A DNA stretch of 64,000 bases from Podarcis melisellensis (lineage: Eukaryota): NCBI GenBank assembly GCA_964234715.1, contig OZ174276.1. One strand, 5' to 3'. Both the position numbers and the translations under genes were made by a program. Below are positions 12,839-25,829 of this stretch, in pieces; positions within the stretch are counted from its first letter, which is position 1; every line of letters starts with the position of its first letter. Under the pieces are notes generated by a model. That model ran no database searches, was not told the DNA's origin, and was given only the letters and a program-made list of their open reading frames with translations.

Positions 12839-13990
12839 GCATGAAGAAGAGAACAGATGAAGCAGAGCAGAATGGAGCAGGATCTATCACTCCCCAAATC
12901 CTAGGAATTTTAGTTCATAAACACACTTGCCGGTGGTTGTGGGCAACCATCTACTTGATGTAAAGAACTTAATTTCAGTATAAACTGGCTCTGGGCAGCG
13001 CCGTTGATGCTGCAGCTTTGAGTTGTAGCAGCTGTAATTGTGAATATTTCTGAGATAGTGAAACATGGTGTCCAGTTTTCTATTGCATTTTTTCAAGTGG
13101 AAAAGTTTAACTGAATGGTTGACACACAAGTGGTGGAAAGAATTGTGCATATGCCAATTTTTGTAACCTTTTTACTTTAAACTACACTGCTTATGAGATC
13201 TCATTGTTTTGGAAGAATGGCATGAACAAGTCTTCAGGAACAGTTGTGGTAAATTGTAAATGCTCACAATTGTGCACTCTTTCTGGGTATTCCTCCCTGG
13301 TTTTGAAAGCTGTACACTTAAAACATTCTTAAAATTGCTGGTGTCTTGAGTGACATAAGCCAGCTGACAATGGTAGTAACCAAAGATTCCAGTTTTTAAG
13401 CATATGAAAGACTCTGCCTGCTTACCTGTGCTAGAAGTAACAGCATCTAAAGTGAAGACTTAAGAGAAACTTAGCGACTACTAGATTATCTTTAGGACTC
13501 TGCATTAACTCTATAATGTTCTTGGTATAAAAGGAGAAACAGCATATTTGTCACAAATTTAGTTAACATCTTACAACTGAAACTTGTATGTAAGTTGTTT
13601 AGATAAATGTAATCACTGTAAACATCTATATGAACGAATTTTGTTTTTATTTTGGAAACGGGAGCTTTTTTGTTTACAAGTTCATTAAAAACTAAACTGT
13701 TTCTGTAAGGAAATGAGGTTTTTTTTAATTTGCCTTGATAATTTGCAATCTAAATTAGACACCACCCTTTTTTAAAATGGGCAACTACAAGGCCATTTGT
13801 TAAAGCAAAAGTCCTATTTCTTAATCATTTTAGATCTAGTGTTGTAACTCTTCCTCACTTTTGTTTTTCAATAAATTTTGTATTTTTTTTTTCTTGATGG
13901 GGAGGGGCGCTCTTGCATTTTTATAATCTGTTGCATCAATACCCAGCCCACTGTAACAAGAGACTGGATAAAAATAAAGGCATCTTTTCA
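12839..13990 (+). other. CSNK1A1: CSNK1A1 3'UTR with tandem poly(A) signals
   Basis: Blocks such as taaagaacttaatttcagtataaact and tattgcattttttcaagtggaaaagtt match my recollection of the human UTR. Signals: ATTAAA 13684-13689 and AATAAA 13870-13875 and 13973-13978, with further AATAAA at 14291 and 14832. The 3' end is approximate. Confidence 0.8.
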
Positions 13991-14899
13991 GACCCATCAC
14001 AGCAGCTCACAAGCCTTGCCGTTGTCTTGCATTGGCTGGACTAATTTGCAAAAGTAGCTTTGAAGATTTAAAATGGAAGTGTGTGGAGGATTTTAAAAGA
14101 AGGAATTTTCTTTTCAAGTTCTTGTGAAGTGGATATGACCAGATTTACTCTTGTTCTCAGGCAGCATCTCGGTGTGCAGTGTTCACATGGGTTACTGCCT
14201 TAGGCTATCCTCACTCTAATCCAGCTAAAAGATACTCTTACTGCTGGTGATTCGTCTAACAGTGTAACTTATTCCTTTATAGCATGTCAGAATAAATTTT
14301 AAAAGTTGTCTGAAAATTCTGCCAGATGCCTATTGTGTACATGGTTTTTATGACTTTCGGACCTGTTACATGTTTGGGTTGCAGTGCATATTATGCGGGA
14401 CACTGAAGCTCTTGAACAGTTGTTTTTCCACAAATTGAATTTTCAGGTATTTTATGGTCATGTGAACAAGAACATTTTCAAGATGCATAGTCTACGTTTA
14501 AGAACAATTTGTGGAATGTTATGTACAGGTATGGTACATGCAGGTTAGCTCAGTTAAGTGAGTTGGGCATTTTACCTTCCCTTTAAAAAAAAAGGCAGAC
14601 TGAACAAAAGCTCCTTAATTGCTCAAGAATTAAGAAATGATTGAAATGGGTTATACTGCAGAGACCATGGGTAATGTCTAGCTTTGTGATGCATTTTTCA
14701 ATCTCTCTAGGGAATGATAGGAAACCAGTAGAATAGCAGATAAAAGTTCCAACTTCAAAAACAGTTGACTTGTTTAGCTACAGCTATCACCTGATTGAAG
14801 AAATCTTAGTCTGTTTGCATAACTTTCACTGAATAAATTAGAACAAATTTGTATATAAGTAGCATTAACATCATTTTTTAAGTTTACATTCAGCCTTCA

Positions 14900-16620
14900 A
14901 TCTAAAGATTTGCAAAGAGGTGCATAGCAATATATTAAATTCACAAACCAGTACAGGAACCATAGAACAGATATCAAAACAAAATATCAAGAAATAGAAA
15001 TTCTGACAATCAAGCAGTAATCCAAATCCACAAGTCAGGGCAAATAAATGTCGTACATAATGCCTAAAATAGGGGACAGTGCCATATCTCTGATGAGGCA
15101 GTTCACACCTGGAGTGCCACAACAGAGAAGACCCTGCAGGGCCTCTCCTGCAGATCCTTCCTGCCATCCTGTACTTTAATAGTACTTGTGCCCTAAACCA
15201 AAGCCAGCACCTTAAATTGGGCTGATAGCAAACAGGCAGACCATGCTGATCCTTAAGGAATCACTTCTGCAGGATCCTGCTTCGCTGCAGTTTCTGGACT
15301 ATTTTCAAGGGTAGCACCACACAGAGAACACCACAGTAGTCTATTTGAGAGGATGCATGTAGTACTACTGTAGCTAAAAAGAACTGTAGCTAGGCATAGG
15401 TGTTCCTTGGCACTTGCGCCACCTGGGCCTCAAGGTAACATTGACCCCAAGACCCTTCTCTAAGCAAGGATTGCAACTCCATCCAGAACAGGCCATCTTC
15501 CCAAACAGTCTTGCCAGGGTTTAGCTTCAGTTTATTGGCCTTCATCCAGCCCATTGCCTCCAGGCATCTGTCCAGCACCTGAATCAGCCTCTTCTGATTC
15601 AGATGAAGTGGAGAGATAAGGTTGTGTGTCATTGGCATGCTGATGCCATTTTACTTCCAAATTTCCAGATAACAGCTTCCAAGAGATAGTAAAGAGCATG
15701 GGGACAGACTTGTGCCCTGCCAGATTCCACAGCATAACTGCCAGGGGACAGAGCAAGAGTCTCCCAGTGCTACTCTCGAATATTAGTTCTGCAGTTAAGA
15801 GCAGATGCACTATAATATGGTGCCTGACTCGCAACCCACAGAGCTGATTCAGGAGCATACTATGGTTAATGGTATCAAATGGCCATGGAGAGGAAGAGAA
15901 CCAGCAGGATTGCCCCTTTTCTGATAAAGGTCATGTGAGATGACCAAGGCCATTTCAGAGCTGAAATAATTTTTAAAGCCAGACTGAAATGGGGCAGAAG
16001 CTGGCAAGTCGTCACCCTCTCAATCACTTGCCCCGAAAAGACATTTGTGGCTAGGTAATAATTATAATATTTGTATCCCGGCCAAGGCCAGGCTTAGAGC
16101 AGCTAACATAAAAACAACACAATAAGCACAAAAACAGACACCAATTAATTAAAATACATCTTAAAATATTAATTATTTTTTATTTGATAATAAATTTTTA
16201 TTTGCAGTTCCCCAATACCTCCAGCTCCAATGAGGGTCTCTTGAGAAGAGGCCTCACCACTGCCTTTTTGAGGACTGAGTATGGCCTTCCTAAGTGAAGC
16301 ATTAACTACTTCCTGGACCTCACTCAATAAGGCCCTCCCAACTAGCTTTTATTTGCTATGGTGGACAAGGGTAGAGGTGGTAGGCTTGGACACCTATCAG
16401 CACCTTGCCCTCGGGCCACAACAACTGAAACTGACCCTAAAATCCCGGCGAGCCTCTGCCAGACTAGCTTTCTACCAGAGCAGTCCTTTTTCTAAAGGAA
16501 CAATTTTTAAAAAGATGCCTCTTCTAAAATTACTCTTGTTCAAACAGGCACCCCTTGTGACCATAATCTTTGTGTCAAAAGGATGGATGTATCTCTTAAG
16601 ATGGCGCCTATTTTCAACAC
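14900..16620 (-). mobile_element. Degraded L2 (CR1/L2 clade) LINE fragment(s), with a nested L2-type 3' tail at ~16055-16150
   Basis: The - strand ORF 15390-15638 contains LDRCLEAMGWMKANKLKLNPGKT and LEAQVAQV, typical of the L2 ORF2 post-RT region. Boundaries are approximate. Confidence 0.8.
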
Positions 16621-18756
16621 TGTGAGAAAAAGTTTACATAAAATGGGCAATTAATTGTGGGCATCTTTTAGGTCAGTTGGCTAAATGTTGCAACCCTGCT
16701 TTGAACCAAGAATTCTAAGCAATGAAGTGTGCAGATAAAACTGTTCACTAAGCCTAATGCTGGTGCCTTAATTGCTATCTGTAATAAAGGCCAAGAAGTG
16801 CAGAATGGTGAATTAAACTTTCAAAATCTAGGCTATGAATTTTTAACGGGTTGTGTTGCCACATTGTTACAGGAATCTACCGGTAACAAGAAATTATTTA
16901 GCAACATGGCAGGTCTTTTCAGGCTCCCCCTCCTCCATTTACTTATTTATTTTTAAACAACTGCAACAAACATATAAAGGTCTTTTCAAGCTACCTTTTA
17001 ACACAGATGGAGCAGCAAGGCTAGAGGTTCCCCAAGCACTTGCCTTACAATAAAATATTAAAAGTATGCCAGAAGCTGCTCTTGCTACATACTAAGAAAA
17101 TAACTCCTTAACAATTCACATCAAGACCATATAGTTAACAATCACCTTTTCTTTACAGCCTTTCTGTCCGCAGTGGTCAGAATTGCAGTTTGGTGGTCGT
17201 GTTGGAACTGGGCTTTTCTTAGCATTGATAATAAGATTCTGTTAGAGTCTTCAGGAATTTGAGTTGAGTTCAACTTTTCTTTCAAATGTTTCTGGGCTAC
17301 TAAGTGAATAGAGATTGCTGAAAACCCGTCAGCTAACTTTATTCTAGGATTGGTTCCACTGCTGGGTATTAAACTAGCTTTGTACTGAATATTGTTCAGA
17401 GGTTCTATACTCTCCATGTCATCCTGTTTTCAAGTAAACACTGTTTAAAACTTTCCTAAATGTGTATGTTGCATATGTTCTGAAGTGACACGGAGCTCTT
17501 GCAGCAAGAAGTTTTCACATGCCTGTCTTTGAGGAAATCATCCTGAAAGCGAAAGTTCGTTGCTCTGGTTGTGTAGATTCCTCCATAAGCACTCAAGGCC
17601 AAGTCTTCCATTTTTTGTGTGTGCATCCTCTTCTTAATTTGCCATTAATTCTCTTCATTTTATTCTGCTGTGCAGGAGTTTTTTTTTCTACTTGTTCAAT
17701 GGGTCTACTCTTGAAACCTAGGTCTGTGTTTGAGCAGATTCATCAGCCCTTTAGGATTTTTTTTATATTAAAAAAATACTAAATAGAGGAGAGTCTTTGC
17801 AAGAATTTACAAGTGCCTCAGAATGGGGCACGACATGTTAAAGTAGTTGAAGTTCAATTTGAATTCTTGATTGCCCTGAGATGCACTGTTCTGCCAGTAA
17901 AAGGCCAAGAGCAGAGTGTTAGAATTCTAGACTTGGTTAATCAAACCTTTTGGAAATATAGAAATATTTTTATTTTTCCCGATATACAATAAACAAGCTC
18001 TCTTTTCTGAATTAAATCATCCTTTAAAAATATGCTACTCTTTAAATAAGAAAAACAATAACACCTTGACATCCTAGGAGTTTTGTTTCTGTTTGTGGTC
18101 CGTAGTGGTATTTTAAATGGGGAGCTTCAAACCCTATCCTATTGTGCTGAGTCTGGATTCCACTATTGTTCAGTTATCTTGGATCTTAACTGCTTAGAAG
18201 CAGCTCTTGCTTCTGGTGAGTGAAATTTGCACTGCTGTGGAGGTAAGCTCTATTAAGAGAAGTATCTGCTGTCTTAATTTGCAGAACATGAGCTGAGAAA
18301 TATATGTTGAACCATTTCTAATGAACTTCAAAGCTAGTTTTGGCCTTTATCAGAAAATATGGGGATATTTTTCACCCCCAAGGAAGGGCATTCAAAATAT
18401 GTTGGAAATAGCCATCTTCAGGTGTTAACTTCATGGTGGAGCCTGAGAGATCATAAGCCAGCTCAACCTTGATGTCATGTGATCAGAGTGGCCATCCGTA
18501 GGTTGGAAATCTGAAGTTGGTGGTCCCCTTCAGATTCAGCCTATTGGTCTTCAGCTTAACTGTGTAGCTCACTTGTGTGGCATCTTTGGAGTAGAGGTAG
18601 CCCTGCATTTTCCCACAAGCCCCTGGAAGTGGGTGTCTGAAGACAGGTAAGATGAAGCTCCCACTGAAGGAGCAACAATTTCATTGTGCTTTCAGTGTGG
18701 GAAAAACAATCCAAGCTTTTAAAAAGGCTGGTATTCATTGTTGCTGTGTAAAATTA

Positions 18757-20657
18757 CACTGGGCAACATTTTTTTACTTTTTGAATGTTGTCTAGATTTC
18801 TACAACTGATTTAGGGTAGCACTGCTGAATCAGGAAATGGCATCCGTTTCTCTCCATCAGGTCAGGTTTACTGTAAACTGAATGGTGGGCATTGATAAAG
18901 GTAAGTACATGTAAATTGCATGTTGCTTCACCATTTTTCAAACTTTAGGGCTTGAACTTTTGTTTCTTGGAACTCCTGGAATGCTCAGTGGCAGGGAGGT
19001 CTCTCTTCAGAGTCCAACAGTAGTCATCCATCCAAACTGCATCCCAGCGGCCCTGATACCTGGTCTCCATCTCTTTCATGTTCTGATGGAATCTCTCCCC
19101 CTGCTCGTCACTTATTGAACCCAGGTTCTCAGGAAACCGGTCCATATGTGAAAATAGGTAGTGCATCTTGACGCTCATGTTGCAGCCCAGGTTTCCGAAA
19201 GCAGTCAGCATGTTGTTGACAAGTTCTGCGTAGTTTCTGGCCTTATTGTTGCCAAGAAAGTTCTTCACTACCAGAACAAATGCCTTCCACGCTTCCAGTT
19301 CCACTTCGTTCATTGAGTTTCCGAACTCTGGATCTCTGATGAGCTGATGGATCTGAGGACTGTCAAAGATGCCAGCTTTGAACTTCTCCATGGTCAATCC
19401 AGGAAAAGCCTGGCACAAGTAAGTGAAGCAGTCACCATCCTTGTCCAGAGCCTTGGTGGACTGCTTGATTCAACCGAGCTTGATGTGCAGCGGTGGGAAG
19501 AGTATTCTGTCTCTGTCCACCAGAGGGTCGTTGATGACGTTCCTTTCTTTGCAAGGCACCAATTCCTCCTGCACAGGCCAGTCCTTCGTGTAATGCTGAG
19601 CACGGTCCCTACTATCCCACATGCACAGAAAACATGGGTACTTGGTGAAGCCAGACTGTTGTCCCAACAAAAAGTTCACCATCTTCAGGTCAACACAAAT
19701 AAACCACTTATGCTGATCATAACCAATTTTCTCCAGCACATACTTCACCGCTTCATAGTTCTCCTTCAGTGTAGTCGAGTGAGCCAGGGGTATAGAGGCA
19801 AACTGGTTGCCGTTGTGTAGCAGAACACATTTCAGTGATCGCTTGCTGCTGTCAATGAACAGTCTCCAATCTTTGGGTTCATACTGTTGCACTCCAAGCT
19901 TGAGCAGAAGCTGCGCAATATCTGCACAGTACACCAAGTCCTTCCAAGAAAAAACGGAGGTACTCTTGATGCCTGTTGTGGAAGAAGCTGATGCGAGCAC
20001 TGTCAGATAGGAGGTTTTTTTCCTTCAATCTGGATGTCAACAGTTCGGCAGAGTCCTTTGACAAGCTGAGGTCGCGAACTAGATCATTCAACTCCTTTTG
20101 GGAAAATGGATGTGGAGCATCATCTTCAAGAACCACTTCTTCTTCATGTCCTTCAACACTGGAGGCATCTTTGTCACTAATGTCAGGAAGTTCTCCGAAG
20201 ATAGGCACTGGAATTTCATCACAATGAGCTACAGGACGACGTGCTGATTGAAGATCAGGATACTTCGTGGGGTGACTGCCCCATTAACTTAGTTTTGATT
20301 CCCCAACTGTATGCTTTGCTGCACCAATTTATGGAAGATTTCGAGGTTTTATGACTTCAAACTGATCCCTTTTCGACATAATCACCCAGAACTATCAGAC
20401 CTGAATACTTCTTGTCATTAAAATAATCATTTCCAATCAAAACAATTATTCGACATGGCATTTTACCCCCACCAACTTCTTCTAAAATGCTCCACACAAG
20501 CGTACATGTGAACAAAAATGTAAAAAAATGGCATGTGGCCATAGCTCAAAAACTTGACCTGATTGAGCAAAACCAATGTGATTTTTGGATTCAGCGCATC
20601 AGATTCGTCCTAAATCAACTGAAAAAACGCAGACAACAAATTTGTTGTTGACCATTG
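18757..20657 (-). mobile_element. Chapaev3 (CMC/CACTA-related) DNA transposon, ~1.9 kb, internally deleted
   Basis: Termini CACTGGGCAACA (18757) and TGTTGACCATTG (to 20657) form a 10/12 inverted match. The same TTA flanks both sides (18754-56, 20658-60). Subterminal inverted motifs tgttgtct, tgatttagg, gctgaatc and atcaggtca are shared, and a transposase lies inside. Confidence 0.92.
18945..20265 (-). pseudogene. Chapaev3 transposase pseudogene
   Basis: Motifs KYPDLQSARRPVAH, FSQKELNDLVRDL, WRLFIDSSKRSLKCVLLHNGN, CVDLKMV, GFTKYPCFLCMWDSR, PPLHIKLG and SDEQGERFHQ...RYQGRW. There is one frameshift at ~19950 and one in-frame TGA at 19470-19472. The N-terminal Zn-finger region is absent. Confidence 0.92.
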
Positions 20658-21849
20658 TTATCACTGGTACATAAGCTTTGGTCCAAGCAATGGTCTAAAC
20701 TGAATTAATGTAAAAATTATAGGTCTTTTAAAAAATGTCCTTAATGAGCTTGTTTGCTGTGGCTATTGCTAATGTCTAGTTTTTGTTTTTTTGAATGATT
20801 TTGGTCTGTCTCTGTTAAGGAGATGTCCCAGAGTTACATAGGACGACTGTGCTCTGTTATTTTTAAGGGTTACATGTAGAAGGTTGAAGTGTAGCACCTA
20901 AGAGAAAACAAAATAAAATAACTATATTTGCTGGTGTGGGTGGGGGAATATACACAAATACACAGGATAGTATTTCATTAAAATGAGTGCTGTTCTGTTA
21001 TGAAATACAACAAAGAGCTAGCAATGTGATGCAATATGTAGAAGTCCTTTTTAAAAACTTCAGTATGCAATGTTTTTGCATGCTTTTTCTGTTTTGTTTG
21101 ACAGCTAGTAGGAATATCTAGGAGGCTGAAATGGACTTATTCAATTTGCCCATCTGTTCCTTAAACAGCAGAAGCATCATCTTGGAACAGGAAAGGTGCG
21201 GGAGACAAGTTCTTGACCAAAGTGAAACAATTTGGTAAAACGTCTGTCTTGAAGCGCTTATTGTGTGCTGGAATTGGATGGTCTTGTTCATATTTTGAAA
21301 GGCTTGCTTTAAAATTCATTGTCCTGTTACCTTAATTTTTCTTAAATGCCAGCATCACTGGCATTTAGGGACTCGGTGCAAAGCCAGGGATTTCTTTTGA
21401 ACGTGCTTAGAAAGCTTCAGGAAGCTGATAACGATAAAAAATTCATTGTGGAAGTGCTGGAAGTGCACTTTGCTTGCCACTTAATGCAAAGTGCCAATCT
21501 GGTTTTCATTTAAGGCCTACAAACTTATAAATTATTGATCATAAATTCTAATTCCTAAAAGCCCGTTTTCATTTTTCATTTTTTTCTTTTTAAAGAAAAG
21601 AGCATTTCCCTTTATGCACAGTATACCTGGTGGTTGGGCTAGGCAGTAGCAGTGAAGTCTTAAACACATGGCTACAATTTACAAGTGTTAGAGCATGTGG
21701 GGAATAGCATTATACAGTTAGTTAAGAGATATTGAGCTATACTGAGCTCTAGGAGGATGAACTGGAAGCCATACCTAGATCGCAAAGTGGCTAATAATGG
21801 CCGATTCACATGTTTCCTGGATTGTACCACTTCAAAATGTGAGGTGGAT

Positions 21850-22035
21850 ATGGGTTGTATGACTTTCATATGGGAAGAAATTTTAAACTCAGTCAAACCA
21901 GTAGTTAGTCTAGCTCAGTATTGTGTACATGAACTGGCAACAGTTTTTCAGAGTTTGCTAGCCTTACCTGGAGATGCCAGCAATTGAACCTCTGTTAAAT
22001 GCAGAACATTGACTCTTCTACTGAACTATTGTCCT
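21850..22035 (-). mobile_element. Degraded squamate SINE (family also at ~27905-28040, 40655-40810, 51010-51140, 51660-51750)
   Basis: Shares the motifs tagtctagctcagtattgt...tggca and cctggagatgcca...attgaacct with the other copies. Confidence 0.55.
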
Positions 22036-22038
22036 TTA

Positions 22039-22084
<46 letters not shown>
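22039..22084. repeat. (TAT)n microsatellite
   Basis: About 15 units. It explains the poly-Y ORF at 22009-22203. Confidence 0.95.
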
Positions 22085-25000
22085 TCCTGAAAACTAGAAG
22101 GCTAAAACCGCCTCCTAGTGTGCTTTTGATGGGATACCTTTGCCCCGATCATTCACTAATGAGGTCACCCATCTCCAGAAGAGCTATATCAGATGCTTCA
22201 TAAAAATTGGCTCATAAGATTTTCTAAAGACATGTTTGTTTGACAGAGGGGTACAAGCAACCTTTATTTTTCTGGATACTTCTCTTTGCCATCGGTGATA
22301 AAGTGGCTTACAAGATAATTGAAGCAACATTAAAAAGACACACAGAACAGTTCACTCAAAGCACAGCACTTTTCTTTTCTATGTAGAGTATCAGATCGTA
22401 ACATATGCAACAGTAATATGTAGTAATGAAATGGGCACATCTTAACAGCTCTGTGAAAGGCTGCCAGCAATTGGGTTGAGGTGAGAAGGCAATTTGTGGT
22501 TTGGCCACCGCTGCAGAAAAGGTAGGTCTCTTGTACTTACTTGCCAAACATTTGGTGGTAGAACAGAGCATAACTGCTAATGGATTTTGAAACATGGGAA
22601 GGTCCATATGGAAGAAAACCGCCTGCATGATATTATGGTCTCAAATCATTTAAGGCAGAACATGCCAAGAGTGGCATGTGGAGCATCAGTCTGACCTGTG
22701 GCTGTCTCAGCTCTGCACTCTGACACAGCAGTAAGGTTTAACCCCTGCCAAAATAACCCCTGTTTGTGTGAATGGGTCCATTTTTCTTACCCTATTGGGT
22801 GGAACAGGGTTAATGCTGTGTTGCTGGCTGCAATGTAAATCCTCTAACGTGGCAAGTTCCCATCTGCACTGGGTGGTTGGCAGGAAGGTAAGGGGGAAAA
22901 GGGAGCTGTAAGTCCAGGGGAAAGGGGTAATGGGCCTGCTTTTAGCATTGACGCTGCCTATTGCTGGCTCCAGCTTCACCCACTATTGGCCTGAGAGAAT
23001 GCCAGCCATGACATGTTTTTGTTTAGGGTTTAATTTTCACTGGAAATTCTGTACTTCTACCCTGAAAACTTCTGATTTAATATTTTTATTTTACAAACTG
23101 GTCAGTGGATCTACTAATGGTCTGTTTGGATGGTTTGTGGAAAGGCAACAGTAAATTTTATAAGACAGGCTAACAAGGCTCTGGCTTAAGCCTTTGATTT
23201 CATGGCACAATGTTGGTGCAGTCTTATCAATTTCCCCATTTAAAATTCCTCAGTGGCATGGCCAATTCTCTTCACAGGACCGGGTTTTGATGACAGTGCT
23301 AGAGCTAAAGGAAAATGTTATTAAAATATGAGATATATGTGCTTTGATATGTAGAACAAAAATAACTTTTTTAAGCGGTCCACTGAGATCCCTCACCATT
23401 TTCAATTGGTTTGTGAAGGAATAAAATTTTGAGAACCTCTGCATTAGGTGATAGCTGTAAGCAGGTGCCAAAAACTTTTTAGTGAGATAAATTATTTCAG
23501 TGAGGAACCTTTCCCACCTGGGCCGCCCGATTCCACAGAAATGTTTTATTCAGTGTCTTCATGCATTGTTCCAAAATTTGCATGCTTCAATGCTGTGTGA
23601 ATCCACCCTGAGAATTATCCCAATCAATTCCTCTTCCTTGGGAATGCTGGGAATTGTACCTCAGCAACTCTCAGCACCCTTAACAAATTACAGCTCCCAA
23701 GATTATAAGCGGGGGGGGGGGGAGCTTTGAATGCATAGTGCTGGTGGAGCTGTTTGTACTAAAGCCACAGCAGTAAGGCCAGGCTGGTTTGTGGCGGGGA
23801 GTGGTCATCTAAGCTATTAACCTAGATTGTATTTTAAAGTAAGTCTCTGGCTGCCAGTAAGTAGCATTGGTGGTGCTCTTCCATTTATGTACGTACGTAC
23901 GTATGTATGTTGGGCAGTGGGTTCGATTCCAGAACTGAAATAGCTGTCTCCTATATATTCCTGCCATTTCATCCTTCAAGAGGGGAAAGGGGTTCAGCAA
24001 CCGGGCAACTTGTAAAAATGGAGCACGCTATCCTTGTGGTTGCTGGGAAACTGGTCAACATAGCAAGGAATAACTCTTAGGGGCAGGGAGATTGTGTTGC
24101 ACTCTCCCTGCAGTTGGTGCCCAGCTGTTTCACCATCATATATTCCTTCTTAATTGCTTTGGGAAGCTGAGGGAGGGAGGGAAGAGGTCACTGGACCTGG
24201 CTCTTCCCACCATCAGTGTCTGGGTGTTTGTTTTACGCTCAACCACAATCCCTGTCTGCATTCAGCAAGGGAACAGGAGGTTCGCCTGTTAAGCAACATG
24301 GAAGCAGGCAGATTGCAGAGATACATAAAACAAAAAATCAGACCTTACTGTCGTTGCTGGCATTCTCTTGATTATTTGAAATTCCACCGACACTTTTCTG
24401 AGCCTTTTCTCTGAAGTGCCGCTCTCCCTTAAGCGTAAGCTGCCTTGCGGGGTTTTAAGCACTGCTATAAATGCTATTGGCAGGATTTTGGAATGAAGAG
24501 GGGTGCGGTTTGATTCCAAAGACTTGTTAAGGGAACAATGCTGGGAGGGTGTGTGTGTGTGTGTTAGAAAGAGAATACCGGTGGAGTTCCTGTTTCTCCT
24601 GCCCTCATCCCTTTGGGCCTAGTTGGTTGGTCTGTCTCTCATGTTGGACTGGAGTCTGGAGGCTTTTTTTTCTTCTGTTAGAAACTGGCAGCCATCCTCT
24701 TGGCACCAGCTTATGGAACGGGAGCGAGGAAACGAAGACTTCCCTTGTTTTTGCTGCAATTTAGGGAGTGATTTTGCACAGCTTGTTTTTAGATTTATAA
24801 ATGACACCCACCAGGTGGTGAGGACCCTTTTTCCCAGCAAAGAATGCAAAGCATTTGGAAAGGGCAATGAAGGGTTATTGAGAAGAAACCTTCCGACCTT
24901 CACCAGCTCCTTCCAAGAAGGAACTGTCCCTAGACTAAGATTCACGATGCCAACTGTTGCCAGTTAGAGGTGGCGAAAGCAATCTCTGTTCTCACAGCAG

Positions 25001-25308
25001 AACTGAGTCAGCAGTTTGGGCTTGCTTTGTACTCTTTGTTTCCTAGCAATTCAAGGGAGAAGCCTGATGTTCCAGGGAAATAGTTGTATCATATCTAGGA
25101 GAGATACGTGTTGCTTTGTTTTCAGTGATGGAGTTCATTGCTGCTCAGTAGACAACTTCCTAGTGCACGTGGCATGCTGACATTTGGCTAAAGTTGCTTT
25201 TTTCCCAATATTCAGAGTTGTTTGGCAATTCCAGCTGGAAAACTCAATGCTAGAAAAAATGTTTTTTCCCTTCTCTGGTGTTTCCAATCCAGCTCCCAAC
25301 AAAACCAT

Positions 25309-25418
25309 GGATTGGATCCTGACTTAGTCATACTTGAAGTACAGTACCAATATGACTTAAAAGTTAAGTCATGCTTAGCTAAAGATTAGTATACTCATGG
25401 CTAAGTCTGGATCCAGCC
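25309..25418. mobile_element. Palindromic MITE (PIF/Harbinger-like)
   Basis: Inverted ends ggattggatcctgacttagtcat / atggctaagtctggatccagcc, with a central palindrome atgacttaa..ttaagtcat. Confidence 0.65.
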
Positions 25419-25829
25419 TTAAAGTTTGAGATATCTATGCAGGAAATGTTTGTGCTCTCAAAATGTTTCCTTCACCTTCCATTCCCACATTTCTTCTTTG
25501 TTTCAGCTTTCCAAATTTGTTCCTGTGTGCTCACCTTGGTGTGTTTTCCCTTTCCTAAGCATTTCTCTCAGGGTGTGGGTTCAGGTTTGCTTTATAAGAA
25601 TGCTGAATACATGCTGCCACCCATACACACTCCAGTTGATTGTGATGTGATATGCAGAAAAGGGGGGCCACACCCTGAGATGTCTCCATGGGATCGTGAA
25701 GTTGGAGTTGTGCAAGTCTGGAAACACCTCACCTCCCGCACCCAGAAGCAATCGAGTCATGTGTTCATATACTGAATGAGTGGAGATACATAAATTCAGC
25801 CATGCAACTATTTTTGTCAAAGGTCTAGC

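Noticed and set aside
13070-13080. GTCCAGTTTTC in the CSNK1A1 3'UTR equals the first 11 nt of miR-145-5p
   Set aside because: It is the same sense as the miRNA, so it is not a target site on the mRNA. It is most likely coincidental.
16900-17800. Possible very old L1 ORF1 remnant on the - strand (ORF 17142-17417)
   Set aside because: Only vague motif resemblance, which I cannot verify by eye.
19347-20227. Long + strand ORFs (157, 67 and 83 aa)
   Set aside because: Antisense shadows of the Chapaev3 transposase.
22009-22203. Poly-tyrosine ORF (also the ERER/SLSL ORFs at 44115-44587)
   Set aside because: Translations of microsatellites.
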